A stretch of DNA of 64,000 nt from an uncultured Candidatus Binatia bacterium (GTDB lineage Bacteria > Desulfobacterota > Binatia > Bin18). A model generated the notes under the pieces. The model did not search any database and was not told where the DNA came from. It worked only from the letters and a program-made list of their open reading frames with translations. The position numbers and the translations under genes were made by a program. The stretch lies in assembly GCA_965200965.1 (NCBI GenBank), contig OZ241744.1:2240001-2304000 (forward strand), read 5' to 3'. This document shows, piece by piece, positions 48,893-59,643 of the stretch. Within the stretch, counting starts at the first letter, position 1; each line of letters opens with the position of its first letter.

Positions 48893-48932
48893 TGACCAGT
48901 TCATCAGGAAGAAATCACACGCGCCGGCTGAC

Positions 48933-49409
48933 TCAGCCGTCTTTCACATACTCCTGCAACCAGCCTGCCTCTCTCCCGCGTCTGACAAACTCGGCGACCG
49001 AGCGCCCCGCAATCTGGGAGAAGGCAATCACGTCGCAGGTCTCGAGGTTATACATGCACGCCCGGTCCTGATTCTCCATAAATCCCAGACGGCTGAGCAA
49101 TTGCTGAATTGAGGGCATCCGCAGCATTTCGGCCTCGGTCAGGATGCCGGCGCGTTTTTTGTCCGGGGTCTGTGCCTCATCCTCACGGTCGGGTTTGCGA
49201 ATGACAGCCACTTTGCATAAGTCCTCAACCTCATACCAGCCCCGCAGCCGGGCCTTGTCCCAGGCCACGCAGACCAGGTCCATGCCCAGCGAGATTTCCA
49301 CAATCCTGCCGCTATCAGGACCTGTAACGCGATACGCGCCGCCCAGCGTGACCCGTTGCCGCTCGGGCAAAAACACCTCATCGCCAAGGTCGGGGAGCAG
49401 GTTCGGCAT
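48933..49409 (-). CDS. Hypothetical protein
   Basis: GGAGAG RBS; fills intergenic space. Confidence 0.55.
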   Translation of the reverse strand: MPNLLPDLGDEVFLPERQRVTLGGAYRVTGPDSGRIVEISLGMDLVCVAWDKARLRGWYEVEDLCKVAVIRKPDREDEAQTPDKKRAGILTEAEMLRMPSIQQLLSRLGFMENQDRACMYNLETCDVIAFSQIAGRSVAEFVRRGREAGWLQEYVKDG

Positions 49410-49504
49410 GGCAGGCTCTCCTTCCATCATGTCTCACAATCGCTCCTGGGTACACAGGATCCCGGGGCGTCCTTCGGATCATGCCCATCCCTCCTGATGA
49501 CCGA

Positions 49505-50317
49505 TCAGCTTCGATTGGCGACGCTGATAATTGACGTTTTCCAGACCTCGACCGCCGGCTGGCCGTGCAGATAATACGCCTGATAAAATGTCACCCACTC
49601 GTCCTCGCCCCGTTTCCACTTTTCAGCAGGCGTGCAGCGTAACTCGACCGCATCGTCAACCCGAATCAACTGCCGGGTCAGCATCGTGCTGCCGGTATGA
49701 ATCCAGAACGGCATGACAAACTGATGCTGGACCGCCATACTGCCCTGGACCATCAGCAGGCCCGGGTGGAGCGGCGGGGTGTCTCCCTCTACATACAGCG
49801 GCAGCACATCGTGGGTCAACGCGCAGTAGGTCTGCTGCTGAGCCGCGGTCAACCTGAAACGAAACGGGCGGAACGGCCTGTTCAGCGTCATGCGCTGCCA
49901 GGTTCCGAGCTGCCGCTCGCCCTGCCAGTCCGACGCCTCAAGGTCGGCCAGGGGGTCTGGCCCGGGCAGTGTCGCGGGGATATGGGTCTGCATCTCGATC
50001 AGTTCCCGGCCGTCTGCGTTGGTGGCCCGAAGCTGAAAAGCCGGCCTGTCTGCGGTCTGGGTGATGTGGGAGGTGACGTAATCGTCGTCATAGGCCGGGG
50101 CTTTAAAGCGCAGGCTGAACCAGTGGCGGCTCAACCAGCGCTCTCCATAGCGCTCAATGAGGGGCCGGACCATCTGGCCATAGACAATCGCCCCGCCAAC
50201 GATGGAGCCCTTGAAGCCCATCGCCTGAGCGCTCTCACGGCTATGGGCCTTGTTCTCGCCCTCTCGGGTGTTGCGGGTCTGAAAAACGTAGGGGGCAAAG
50301 GTGTCGTGTACGCTCAT
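49505..50317 (-). CDS. Double hot-dog (MaoC-like) protein
   Basis: ENKAHS.ESAQAMGFKGSIVGG, LRFKAPAYD, PWIH-like FWIHTGS. Confidence 0.65.
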   Translation of the reverse strand: MSVHDTFAPYVFQTRNTREGENKAHSRESAQAMGFKGSIVGGAIVYGQMVRPLIERYGERWLSRHWFSLRFKAPAYDDDYVTSHITQTADRPAFQLRATNADGRELIEMQTHIPATLPGPDPLADLEASDWQGERQLGTWQRMTLNRPFRPFRFRLTAAQQQTYCALTHDVLPLYVEGDTPPLHPGLLMVQGSMAVQHQFVMPFWIHTGSTMLTRQLIRVDDAVELRCTPAEKWKRGEDEWVTFYQAYYLHGQPAVEVWKTSIISVANRS

Positions 50318-50344
50318 GGGGCTTCCTCGTGTGATCGAATACCA

Positions 50345-50640
50345 TCAGGAAAAGAAGAGCTTGAGAATCCCCACAGCCAGACCTGCCACAACCGCCATTC
50401 CGCCAAGCACTCCTCCCAGGCACCAGACCTTGACTTTCTCAACGTCTTCTCTGGTAGCGAGGTACCGGAGGGTCCCTTTTACGCTCTGGAGATCCTCTCT
50501 GGCAGCGGGATACTGGACATGCGTCCCAGGCTCGCCAGACGGGCTTCAATGCTGCTCCCACCATTGCCCCCGCTTGAACGGGCCGGGACAGCCGGCTCTG
50601 CCTGACTCCCGTCTCCTACCCGCAGGGATGATTCGCTCAT
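50345..50640 (-). pseudogene. Frameshifted XhlA/DUF1640-like coiled-coil + TM gene
   Basis: GGNGGSSIEARLASL then shift near 50526 to THVQY..REDLQSVK..YLATREDVEKVKVWCLGGVLGGMAVVAGLAVGILKLFFS*. Confidence 0.7.
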
Positions 50641-50833
50641 TCTCTTTCCTCTGCCTGTCCGAGCCAGTCCCAAAGAGAGCGGACGCTGTAGCCCCGGCAT
50701 AAGCCATGTTCAGCCTGAAAACAACACCACGAGCAGTCTCGATGCGGTCATCGCCCTTCAGCCCGACGGAGACCGCAATGGTTTCTGCAAGAGCGTCACC
50801 CTGCACCAGAAAGAATGTATCGTTCAGCCGATA
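50637..50833 (-). pseudogene. Truncated, frameshifted relative of the 27957-28232 small protein
   Basis: YRLNDTFFLVQGDALAETIA...VVFRLNMAYAG then shift at 50692-50695 to YSVRSLWDWLGQAEERE*; ATGA-coupled to the 50640 gene. Confidence 0.6.
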
Positions 50834-50947
50834 TCAGACCTGACCCGATTTCTGTCACAGAAACACAGCAGGTGCAACCGCGGGGACTGCACGACCGCCT
50901 CAGGACAGTATGCGGATGGGGCGGGGCGGCCATCACGCCAGTGATCT

Positions 50948-51499
50948 TTACAGCTCGGCCAGGAGCCCCTTGACGTTGGTCACGGCGACGACGCGCCAGA
51001 CACCCTGGTCAGACTTCTGCATCCGTATCTCGATCTGCTCCCCGTTTTGCAGGCGGATGGGGAAGCGACGGATGCCGTCCCGGGTCTCGCCGGCAAAGAG
51101 TGCGCCAAGAATCGCCACCGTCGGAATAGCCGGCAGTTGGCGGCTCTGGTCACGCACGGCCTGTTCAACGACAAACCCGGCACCGTCCGAGACGAGGCCG
51201 CGCAACTCAGCCCCGAGGCTCTGGAGGCCCTGCCGCAACAGGTCGGCCAGCGAGCCTCCACCGCCGTCCCTGTCGGGTGGGGAACTGAGGCCGAGTTCGT
51301 CAAGCGCGTGGCCGACGACGCTGTCCACATCAACATAGCGGGCAAAGCGCTCATAGTCATGGGTCTCCAGAGCGCGCCGGATGTGGTAGACTGCATAGGA
51401 GGGGGTGAAGGTCCAGGCCAGCCCCGCGGCCAGCGCCAGTGCCAGACAGCCGCCAAGGACGACAACGCCCCGCTGTGATCGCTGGTGCAGATGTTCCAT
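50948..51499 (-). CDS. DUF2939-like membrane-anchored protein
   Basis: N-terminal TM, TPSYAV..IRRALE..D...YVDVDSV, WRVV. Confidence 0.65.
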   Translation of the reverse strand: MEHLHQRSQRGVVVLGGCLALALAAGLAWTFTPSYAVYHIRRALETHDYERFARYVDVDSVVGHALDELGLSSPPDRDGGGGSLADLLRQGLQSLGAELRGLVSDGAGFVVEQAVRDQSRQLPAIPTVAILGALFAGETRDGIRRFPIRLQNGEQIEIRMQKSDQGVWRVVAVTNVKGLLAEL

Positions 51500-51644
51500 G
51501 ACTGCTCGTCATATACGAGGAAGGCCCCTGCCGTCCAGCCATGCCGCCCGGCAAACCTCTTGACACAATTCCGACAGGAGGTGACAATGACGAACAGGTT
51601 CACTATTGCAACGCTTCGGTCAACCACCACAAAGGAACACCCCC

Positions 51645-52640
51645 ATGCAGACATTACCCGCCCACGCTCATGAAGTGCCGGCCAACAGTCCTGCCGTTGT
51701 CACCCAGTTTCTTGACGTTGAAACGCCAGAAATGCGCAGCCTGTATGAGAAGGCCAAGCGCGATCAGTGGAACGCCTCAACCGATATTGATTGGGACAGC
51801 GGGCTGGCCCCGGATTGCGCTATTCTGCCCGACGGTCTGATTGACATCTATGGTACGCCGTACTGGGACCGGATGAGCGCCTCTGAGCGGCTGGAACTCA
51901 ACCGCCATTTCTCGGCCTGGCGGATCAGCCAACTCATGTACGGCGAACAGTTCGCCCTGATGGTCTGCGGACAGATCGCTAACGCCGTGCCGGGCATTGA
52001 CGCCAAGTTCTTCATGGCCACCCAGGTGATGGACGAGGCCCGTCATTCGGAGGTGCTGGCCCGCTATCTGTACCAGAAAGTCGGCATCACCTACCCCCTC
52101 GCCTCAAGCCTGAGCGATATGTTTGACCGGGTGCTGGAAAGCCCCCTGTGGTATCTCAAAACGGTCGGCACCCAACTCGTCGCCGAAACCCTGGCCGTCT
52201 CCCTGTTCCGTATGCTGGCCGACCACAGCCCGGACCCGCTGATCAGCCGGATATGCCGTCGCATTCTGTCTGACGAATCGCGGCATATGGGCTTCGGCAT
52301 GTTGAGCCTGCCCGGGCAGGTCGGGGAGTTGCCGGCCCACGAGCGTGAAGAAGCCGAAGACTTCGCCTGTGTGGCGACCGCCGGTCTGCTCCAGGGCCAG
52401 TTCCCGCAGGAAGCCTATGCCGCGGTCGGTTTCGGCAGGGCTGAGATTGCCGACATCAAACAGATGCGCCGTCAGGCCGCGGAGAAGAACGAATATGCCG
52501 CTTTCCGCCAGTATTTCAAGAAAGACTTTCACGCCGCCCTGTGGAGCAATATGAGCAAGGTCGGCCTGCTGAGTCAGCGGGCGATTGACAAGCTGGGCAG
52601 GATGGGTATTTGCGCCCCCGAGCACCAGGCCGCGGCCTAG
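51645..52640 (+). CDS. Ferritin-like di-iron protein (AurF/aldehyde decarbonylase-like)
   Basis: LYEKAKRDQW, GEQ, QVMDEARH, DESRH. Confidence 0.8.
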   Translation: MQTLPAHAHEVPANSPAVVTQFLDVETPEMRSLYEKAKRDQWNASTDIDWDSGLAPDCAILPDGLIDIYGTPYWDRMSASERLELNRHFSAWRISQLMYGEQFALMVCGQIANAVPGIDAKFFMATQVMDEARHSEVLARYLYQKVGITYPLASSLSDMFDRVLESPLWYLKTVGTQLVAETLAVSLFRMLADHSPDPLISRICRRILSDESRHMGFGMLSLPGQVGELPAHEREEAEDFACVATAGLLQGQFPQEAYAAVGFGRAEIADIKQMRRQAAEKNEYAAFRQYFKKDFHAALWSNMSKVGLLSQRAIDKLGRMGICAPEHQAAA

Positions 52641-54049
52641 TCTGGCTCGGGAGAGAGCGGAGCGACCGTTCCGGACCTGGCCGGCCGCGGCCCGGTGTGG
52701 GGCAGGGCAAAAATATCGATCCGCCGCCAGTTGCCCTGTCGAAAGCGCCACCAGAAGCCCAGCCCCAGGACAATCACATTGACCGTTCCGGCCAGCCACG
52801 GGCCGAGCGATTCCAGCCCGGTATAGGCGACACAGCCCAGGCTGAGAGGCGCAAACACACAGACCAGGGCGACAACCGTAAAGCCGGCCGGCCAGTGGGT
52901 GTCGCCCGCGCCTCGCAGCGCACCGAAAAAGGTCATGCCCAAGCCGTCAAACAGTTGGAAGGCGACCGCGCACAACAGCATGTTCGCCCCCAGGTGAATG
53001 ACCAGCGGCTCGGAGCTGAAGACGGCAATCAGGGAAAAGCGCCAGAAGAAAAAGAAGACGCTGACCAGGCCGACGTACAGCAGGCACACGCCCAGCGTCT
53101 CATACACCCGCCGCACTGCGGTCTCCAGGTTGCCCTCCCCGATGTAGCGCCCGACCAGGGCCGACAAGGCCTGCGACAGGCCCATCGCCGGCATGAACGA
53201 GATCATCATGTACTGAATAGCGATATTGCTGGCCGCCAGATGCTCTTTGCCAAAACGGCCCACCAGCATGATGATCAGCAGCCCCCAGCCCAGCATGTCA
53301 AGCACGCCCTGCATTCCGGCCGGCCAGCCGATGTGGAGCAGTTGGCGCGTCTGTATCCAGTCGGGCCGCCAGTTCAGGCGGGTGGAGAACTCAGTCTGGC
53401 AGGACGGCGACAGAAAAACGCCGAGCAGTACCCCGAGCTGGGCCACAAAGCTCAGGACCATCGCCAGGGCTGCCCCGGTCAGGCCGAGCCGGGGGGCACC
53501 CCAATTGCCAAAAATGAAGATGTAGTTCAGGACGATATTGGTGAGGTTGGCGATCAGTACGCCGACCAGGGCAACCGTGGGGCGATGAATGCCGTAGAAG
53601 AAGCCGCTCAAGGCCCCAATCATCACCGCCAGGCCGATACCCCACACCCGCACCCGAAAATAGGCGACTTCAAGAACCAGCACCTCGGGTTCATGGCCGA
53701 ACAGGGCAAAAAAGCCCGGTGCGACCGGCCATAACAGGCCACAGGCGACGCCTACACCAGCGCCAAAATACAGCCCCTGCCAGGCATAGCCGGCCCCGGC
53801 CCGGGGATCATCCCGGCCAACTGCCTGGGCGGCAAAGATACTCACGCAGCGCGTAATGCCCAGCGGCAGGGCGGTAATGGTAAAGGCAATGACTCCGCCC
53901 GGCATGACCGCGGCGACCTCTGCGGTGCCGACCAGGGCCACCATCCAGGTATCGACAAAGCCCATGACGGTGAACGAGGCCATTGAGGCAATAATGGGCA
54001 GGGCCAGGCCGAGGATTTCGCGCAGGCCGGTCCGGGTGGGAAACATCAT
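52637..54049 (-). CDS. MATE family efflux transporter
   Basis: LALPII, DTWMV, GAPRLGLTGAALA, LRGAGDT; about 12 TMs. Confidence 0.9.
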   Translation of the reverse strand: MMFPTRTGLREILGLALPIIASMASFTVMGFVDTWMVALVGTAEVAAVMPGGVIAFTITALPLGITRCVSIFAAQAVGRDDPRAGAGYAWQGLYFGAGVGVACGLLWPVAPGFFALFGHEPEVLVLEVAYFRVRVWGIGLAVMIGALSGFFYGIHRPTVALVGVLIANLTNIVLNYIFIFGNWGAPRLGLTGAALAMVLSFVAQLGVLLGVFLSPSCQTEFSTRLNWRPDWIQTRQLLHIGWPAGMQGVLDMLGWGLLIIMLVGRFGKEHLAASNIAIQYMMISFMPAMGLSQALSALVGRYIGEGNLETAVRRVYETLGVCLLYVGLVSVFFFFWRFSLIAVFSSEPLVIHLGANMLLCAVAFQLFDGLGMTFFGALRGAGDTHWPAGFTVVALVCVFAPLSLGCVAYTGLESLGPWLAGTVNVIVLGLGFWWRFRQGNWRRIDIFALPHTGPRPARSGTVAPLSPEPD

Positions 54050-54421
54050 GGAATGTCCGTCAGAAAGTGGCCGCGGAAGAGTATTCCTGAGCTGTTCTTT
54101 TTATAGTAGACTACGCAGCAGCCTGAGACAAAGGACCGGACTGGTGTGGGCGTTGACAATCACACCCCGGGCAGGGGCCTGGTAAGGAATGCGAGCGGTA
54201 TGGCAGACGATATCAGCGTTGCAGAAGACCGGCAATTGAGCCGCTGCCCCACGAGCGGTGTCCCATGCCGGAAGCCTTCCGGGCCGTGCTTGCGGCCGCG
54301 GTCAGGCCGCTGCTGTGTGGGGACCATGATTTCATCTATCACGACTCTCTGACCCTGCTAATCGAGCTGCAGGCCAAGTGCGGGTGCTCCACTTGTCAGG
54401 GGAGCAGCAGGGGAGCAAAGT

Positions 54422-55141
54422 TTGACAGACATCATTTCCATAATCCCGGCGCGTGGAGGTTCCAAGGGGCTTGCCGGCAAAAACATCCGCCCAATGATGG
54501 GAGAGCCGCTGATTGCCCACACCATACGGCATTCTCTGAATTCGAGGCGGGTGGGCCGGACCTTTGTGTCAACTGACAGCGAAGAGATAGGACAGGTGGC
54601 CGTGCAGTATGGCGCGGAAGTCATACGCCGGCCCGCGGCCATCAGCGGAGACCGGGCAAGCTCCGAAGAGGCGCTCCATCACGCGCTCCACAAGCTGAAG
54701 CAGGGGGAAGCGTATGTGCCCGATGTCGTCGTCTTCCTTCAATGTACGTCACCCATACGCGCCGATCACGATATTGATGCCGCTATCGAACTGCTGCTCA
54801 CTTCCAACTCTGACTCGCTGCTGTCTGTTTGCAAATTTCACCGATTCATCTGGAGGCTCAACAGGAATCAGCCCGTTTCCTTCAATTATGATTACCGGAG
54901 TCGTGAATTGAGACAGGCGCGTTCCCTCGAATTCCTGGAGGTCGGCTCCATTTATATCTTCAAACCCTGGGTCCTTGAGCAATACAACAACAGGCTTGGC
55001 GGCCGGATACAGCTCTACGAGCTGGACTGTTTCAGTGCATTGGAAATAGACAGCCTGGAAGATTTTCTGCTGTGTGAGGGTATTATGAAACACCTGCGTG
55101 GCGGAAGTCCACAACGGGTTCAGGAGGAGAGGGATGTCTGA
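54422..55141 (+). CDS. neuA: Acylneuraminate cytidylyltransferase
   Basis: TTG start, IIPARGGSKGL.GKN, VSTDSEEI, LQCTSP, EIDSLEDF. Confidence 0.9.
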   Translation: MTDIISIIPARGGSKGLAGKNIRPMMGEPLIAHTIRHSLNSRRVGRTFVSTDSEEIGQVAVQYGAEVIRRPAAISGDRASSEEALHHALHKLKQGEAYVPDVVVFLQCTSPIRADHDIDAAIELLLTSNSDSLLSVCKFHRFIWRLNRNQPVSFNYDYRSRELRQARSLEFLEVGSIYIFKPWVLEQYNNRLGGRIQLYELDCFSALEIDSLEDFLLCEGIMKHLRGGSPQRVQEERDV

Positions 55142-56003
55142 ATCCATACTGATTGGCAATCGTCCGGTGGGTCACGCGCACCCCTGTTTTATCGTCGGAG
55201 AAATCGGGACAAACCACAATGGGAATCTGGATATTGCGAAGAGACTGATTGACGTTGCCAGGGACGCGGGCTGTGACGCCGTCAAGTTCCAGAAGCGCAC
55301 CCCGGAGATTTGTTCCCCTCGGGATCAATGGGACACGCTTCGTGAAACTCCGTGGGGAACGATGCGGTACATAGACTACCGCGCCCGTGTTGAGTTGTGT
55401 CAGGATGCCTTTTCAGAGATAGACGCGTACTGCCGGGCGAAGGATGTCATGTGGTTTGCTTCCCCCTGGGATATCCCATCTGTTGACTTTCTCTCCCGCT
55501 TCTCTCCCCCGTGCTATAAGATAGCTTCCGCCTGCCTGACTGACGATGCGCTGTTGCGGAAAATCCGGGAGACGGACAGGCCCGTCCTGCTCTCGACCGG
55601 CATGAGCACCCTGGAACAAATCCACCACGCCGTCACACTGCTGGGGACCGGCAAGCTCGTGCTCCTGCACTGCACAAGTGCCTATCCAGCGCAGAACCGG
55701 GAGCTGAATCTGAGGATGATCAGCACCTTGGAGTTGGAGTTCGGCGTTCCCGTCGGGTATTCCGGCCATGAGGGAGGGCTGCAGACAAGCCTGGCAGCCG
55801 CCACTCTCGGTGCCTGCGTCATAGAGCGGCACATTACCTTGGATCGCTCCATGTGGGGAGGCGACCAGGCAGCGTCCGTGGAGCCGCAGGGACTGACCCG
55901 GCTCGTGCGTGATATCAGGATCATCGAATCGGCTCTCGGTGACGGGATAAAGAGGGTCTATGACTCCGAGATGTCCGCAATGGAAAGGTTGCGCCGTGTC
56001 TAG
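55134..56003 (+). CDS. neuB: N-acetylneuraminate synthase family protein (short form, no SAF domain)
   Basis: EIGTNHNG, VKFQKR, HCTSAYP, GYSGHE, ERHITLDR. Confidence 0.9.
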   Translation: MSESILIGNRPVGHAHPCFIVGEIGTNHNGNLDIAKRLIDVARDAGCDAVKFQKRTPEICSPRDQWDTLRETPWGTMRYIDYRARVELCQDAFSEIDAYCRAKDVMWFASPWDIPSVDFLSRFSPPCYKIASACLTDDALLRKIRETDRPVLLSTGMSTLEQIHHAVTLLGTGKLVLLHCTSAYPAQNRELNLRMISTLELEFGVPVGYSGHEGGLQTSLAAATLGACVIERHITLDRSMWGGDQAASVEPQGLTRLVRDIRIIESALGDGIKRVYDSEMSAMERLRRV

Positions 56004-56057
56004 CTGGACAGCGCTTCTTATCTCCGGTGAAAACAGGTTCCTGGGAGGCTCGGCAGA

Positions 56058-57170
56058 GTGAGGGAAAAAACGCTGTACTGGACTGGTACCCCACGCCACT
56101 TCCTCATGTCGGCGGGAATGGCATTGGCAGACCCTCGCCCCTCTGACTCCGACCTGCTTCTGACCTCAAAATACCACTACGTCAAGGAAATACAGAAGGT
56201 TCTCGACGAATGGGTACAGTCTCCATTCTCGTTTGTGAAAATTGTCCAGGAGACCATCAGGACGAATGCTGTGTCACGTCTCTTCCAAATCATCAGGAGC
56301 AACGCGTCCTACCGGAAATTTGCGCATGGGCACAGGTTCAGGGAGATTCGATCGTTCCAGGTCCATACCCACACGGCCCGAGCATTCCTGTATGACCTCA
56401 AACGGCACTCTCCTGAAACCAGACGTGTCATGATTGAGGATGGGGGCCTCTTCTACAACACCCAGCCTCTTTATGGCGACATTGCCGAAGAAACGTATAG
56501 TAGATTGAAGCTGCTGGCAGCCAGGGTACTCTATGGACGAGCCTGGGGGGCCATCAAGGCAAACGGCTTACGCGAAGTTATTGACGAGATACACTTGATC
56601 GCCCCCGAGCTGGTGCGGGGAGAGTGGGTTTCACACAAACTCGTCAAACTTTCACCCGATCCTGTACGCCGACTTGCAGACACAGACCTGCCAGGCATCT
56701 ACCTCAGAACGGCTGGCTCCAGCGTAGAGAAGCTGGCGGATATTGAGTTCCTGATCATCCTCTCAAAGTCGGATGGTGTCGAGAATGATTTAGGAGGGTA
56801 TGTTGGCAGGGTGAATGAGTTATTGCGTACTGCAAGGAAGCGCGGACTCAGGATTGCGGTAAAATATCATCCAAAGGAAGAAGAGTCCGACTATATGGCG
56901 CTGGCGGAGAAGTCGTGGGCCACTGAAATACCCAGGCAACTCCCCATCGAATTGCTGTTTATCATCAATACCAGGAACCTGAAATTCGTTCTGGGAGACG
57001 CATCAACGGGGATTCTGAGCGCGTCGTGGCTCCTTCCGAAGTGCAAATCCATCTCCTTTGCAGACATGGTGAGCAAACGCCCTGAGTTGATGTACCCGGA
57101 TTACAGCGGTTTTGGCATTGACCTGATTCGGAGTGCCCATGATCTCGAAGAGATGCTCCTCAATGCCTGA
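56058..57170 (+). CDS. Putative sialyl/nonulosonyl transferase
   Basis: IEDGG and KYHPKE motifs, LPIELL, STG; follows neuAB. Confidence 0.65.
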   Translation: MREKTLYWTGTPRHFLMSAGMALADPRPSDSDLLLTSKYHYVKEIQKVLDEWVQSPFSFVKIVQETIRTNAVSRLFQIIRSNASYRKFAHGHRFREIRSFQVHTHTARAFLYDLKRHSPETRRVMIEDGGLFYNTQPLYGDIAEETYSRLKLLAARVLYGRAWGAIKANGLREVIDEIHLIAPELVRGEWVSHKLVKLSPDPVRRLADTDLPGIYLRTAGSSVEKLADIEFLIILSKSDGVENDLGGYVGRVNELLRTARKRGLRIAVKYHPKEEESDYMALAEKSWATEIPRQLPIELLFIINTRNLKFVLGDASTGILSASWLLPKCKSISFADMVSKRPELMYPDYSGFGIDLIRSAHDLEEMLLNA

Positions 57171-57184
57171 GAGCCGCTTTTCTC

Positions 57185-58594
57185 ATGGCACGTTCGTCCA
57201 GGACCGAAGAGAAAGGGGCTTCACTCTTCATTATGAATACCCCCGTCCTGCAAAAAGCTGGCTGCGCTGCCTTTCTCCGCGGTCTGTCAATACGCCTGGG
57301 GATCTCTGCTTCAGACCGGCACGTTGCGCGGCATGCTCTTTGGACGGGTGCCATAATGGCGGTACAGATCCTGGGCGGACTGGTGCAAGTGTCCCTCTCG
57401 GCCAGAACTCTCGGGCCGGAAGGTTTTGGCATCCTGGCCGTCATCATTGCCGTGACCTCTCTCATCCACGGAGTGCTATCCGCACCGGGAGGCAACGCTG
57501 TCACAGCCTTTGTCACGCGAGAGGTGACTAAGGGACGGCCCGATAAGGCGTCCCGCATCCTGCGTTTTACGCTCGCAGTCTCCTTCGGGCTGTCGCTCAT
57601 TGCCTACGCCGTCATCGCCGCCCTCGCTCTCACTGCCAGCGGCCTGCTGGGGATTGACAAAAGCTATGTCGGCGCAACGCTCCTGTACGGTGTTGTGGGC
57701 ATCCTCATGGCTACACACACGGAGACCCTGGCGATGCTGCGGCTGGCCGACCGGGTGTCCCTGGGTCTGGGCGTTACCGCGGCAAGCACAGTGGCCCGGG
57801 TCACCCTGATTACGACAGCATGGTTGACAGACGGCGGTCTGCGGGACATAATCCTGGCACACATTGCCGCCGCGGCGGTGGATGGAGTCGGTCTGTTCAT
57901 TGCCGCGGCGGCAACCACGCGACAGCTAGGCATGACAGACTTCATGCGCTCATTATCGATCAAAGTCCCGCCGGATGTGATAAGATTCCAGACTGGAATA
58001 TTGGGGAGGATGACTACCAGAGCTCTGGTCAATAATATGGACTCCCTGATAGTGGCACAATTGGCTGGCGCATCTGATGTCGGGCTGTACCGTGCTGCAG
58101 GGCGTCTTGCAGACACTGCAAGACGCCCGTTCCAACTGCTGATAGCGGGGATACATCCTGAGTACAGCAGACAATGGTATTCGCGCGAGAGGTCGGCATT
58201 GCGTCGCATGTCGTTGCGATTCTCTTTTTTGTCACTCACATTTGCCACCGCCGAATTCGGTCTGCTTGCTATCTTTTGCGAACCTGTAATCCTCCTCCTT
58301 TTCGGAGACGAATTCCCGGGTGCTGTCCGACCCTTGTTGATTATGCTTCCAGGCGTATTCGCTGTTGCCAGCATTTCAGTGCTCGCCACGCTCCCTGCGG
58401 CGATGGGTCATATCCGGCCGTCGCTGATAGCGGGAATGACAGGATGCCTAGCCTTCCTCGTTGCTATACTCTGGCTGGTGCCGATGTATGGTGTAGAAGG
58501 AGCAGCTTGGGCAAAAACAATACACAACCTGGTCGTCGTCGTGGTTTTAATTGCGTTCCTGATACCAATTCTGCGACAGAGTTTCCGGATATGA
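57185..58594 (+). CDS. wzx: Wzx-type oligosaccharide flippase
   Basis: ARTLGPEGFG, VGLYRAA, YGVEGAAWA; multiple TMs; start may be 57233. Confidence 0.85.
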   Translation: MARSSRTEEKGASLFIMNTPVLQKAGCAAFLRGLSIRLGISASDRHVARHALWTGAIMAVQILGGLVQVSLSARTLGPEGFGILAVIIAVTSLIHGVLSAPGGNAVTAFVTREVTKGRPDKASRILRFTLAVSFGLSLIAYAVIAALALTASGLLGIDKSYVGATLLYGVVGILMATHTETLAMLRLADRVSLGLGVTAASTVARVTLITTAWLTDGGLRDIILAHIAAAAVDGVGLFIAAAATTRQLGMTDFMRSLSIKVPPDVIRFQTGILGRMTTRALVNNMDSLIVAQLAGASDVGLYRAAGRLADTARRPFQLLIAGIHPEYSRQWYSRERSALRRMSLRFSFLSLTFATAEFGLLAIFCEPVILLLFGDEFPGAVRPLLIMLPGVFAVASISVLATLPAAMGHIRPSLIAGMTGCLAFLVAILWLVPMYGVEGAAWAKTIHNLVVVVVLIAFLIPILRQSFRI

Positions 58595-59643
58595 CGAATG
58601 CAGGCACAACAGATCTTCACCAACCTGCGGATGGAGCGGTCGACATCTGCATTTTCTTCGACACGGTCAATCTACCCGGGGGCGGAGGAAACCAGTTTCT
58701 AAGGAGTCTCGCGTCCGAGTTTACTTGCTTGGGTCATAGAGTCACAAACCGGCCTGCGCCGGAAACCCAGGTGATTTTGGTCAATGGCTTCAACTATGGC
58801 ATAAACAGGCATTTGCGCCCCGGCCAAGTCGCCCAAATGAGGCAGACGGGAAAAATGACACCGCTGGGAAGAGTGCTCCCTTCATGGCTGTACAGGCCGC
58901 GCAAGCGAAAGGGGCCTGTCCTGATTCACCGGGTTGACGGAGTGCCTGAACTGGTGCGTGGACACAGGAGCAGGGCGGACCGGGTCCAGCCGGCGGTGAA
59001 TCGCTTGACCGACTGCACGATTTTCCAGACCGGGTATTGCGTGACGAGTTTTGCCGAGCACGCTGCGGTCGCCCCCTCAAAGTGGTGTATCATCAAGAAC
59101 GGTGTTGACCCGAGGGTGTTTTACCCGGACCCGAATAACACATGGAGCGCAGGCCGGCTTCGTCTTGTAGCGGTCTCCTGGTCATCAAATTCCCGCAAGG
59201 GCTTCGCTACCCTGGCCGATGTATCACGTCTGCCGGGTGTGGAGTTGAGGTTCGTGGGCAACTGGTGTCCTGACATTCCCCATGCGAATGTGAAGCTAGC
59301 CGGTACGCTACGGTCTCAAGACCTTGCTGAGGTCCTGCGTTCTTCCCATGCTATGATCCACGCCGCATGGAACGAACCCTGTTCCAACGCCATCGTGGAG
59401 GCAATGGCGTGCGGTCTTCCTGTCATTTACCGCGATTCCGGGGGCAACCGGGAACTGGCGGGTGAGTATGGGACACCGATAACCGAAAACCTGCCAAGTG
59501 TGCTGGACAATCTGAGGAACCGCTACATTGGCTTACGCTCCAAAGTGTTGCAAGATAGAGATGCCTTCCTCATTACCCGAGCCGCGAAAGAATATGTGGG
59601 GGTGTTCCAGCACGCAATATGCCACAGGAGACAATTCAAATGA
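58591..59643 (+). CDS. Glycosyltransferase family 4
   Basis: GGGNQFL, IKNGVD, EPCSNAIVEAMACGLPV. Confidence 0.85.
   Translation: MTNAGTTDLHQPADGAVDICIFFDTVNLPGGGGNQFLRSLASEFTCLGHRVTNRPAPETQVILVNGFNYGINRHLRPGQVAQMRQTGKMTPLGRVLPSWLYRPRKRKGPVLIHRVDGVPELVRGHRSRADRVQPAVNRLTDCTIFQTGYCVTSFAEHAAVAPSKWCIIKNGVDPRVFYPDPNNTWSAGRLRLVAVSWSSNSRKGFATLADVSRLPGVELRFVGNWCPDIPHANVKLAGTLRSQDLAEVLRSSHAMIHAAWNEPCSNAIVEAMACGLPVIYRDSGGNRELAGEYGTPITENLPSVLDNLRNRYIGLRSKVLQDRDAFLITRAAKEYVGVFQHAICHRRQFK

Noticed and set aside
54150-54420. ops/JUMPstart element or small ORFs before neuA
   Set aside because: gagcggtatgg is only a partial ops match; ORFs lack RBS or motifs
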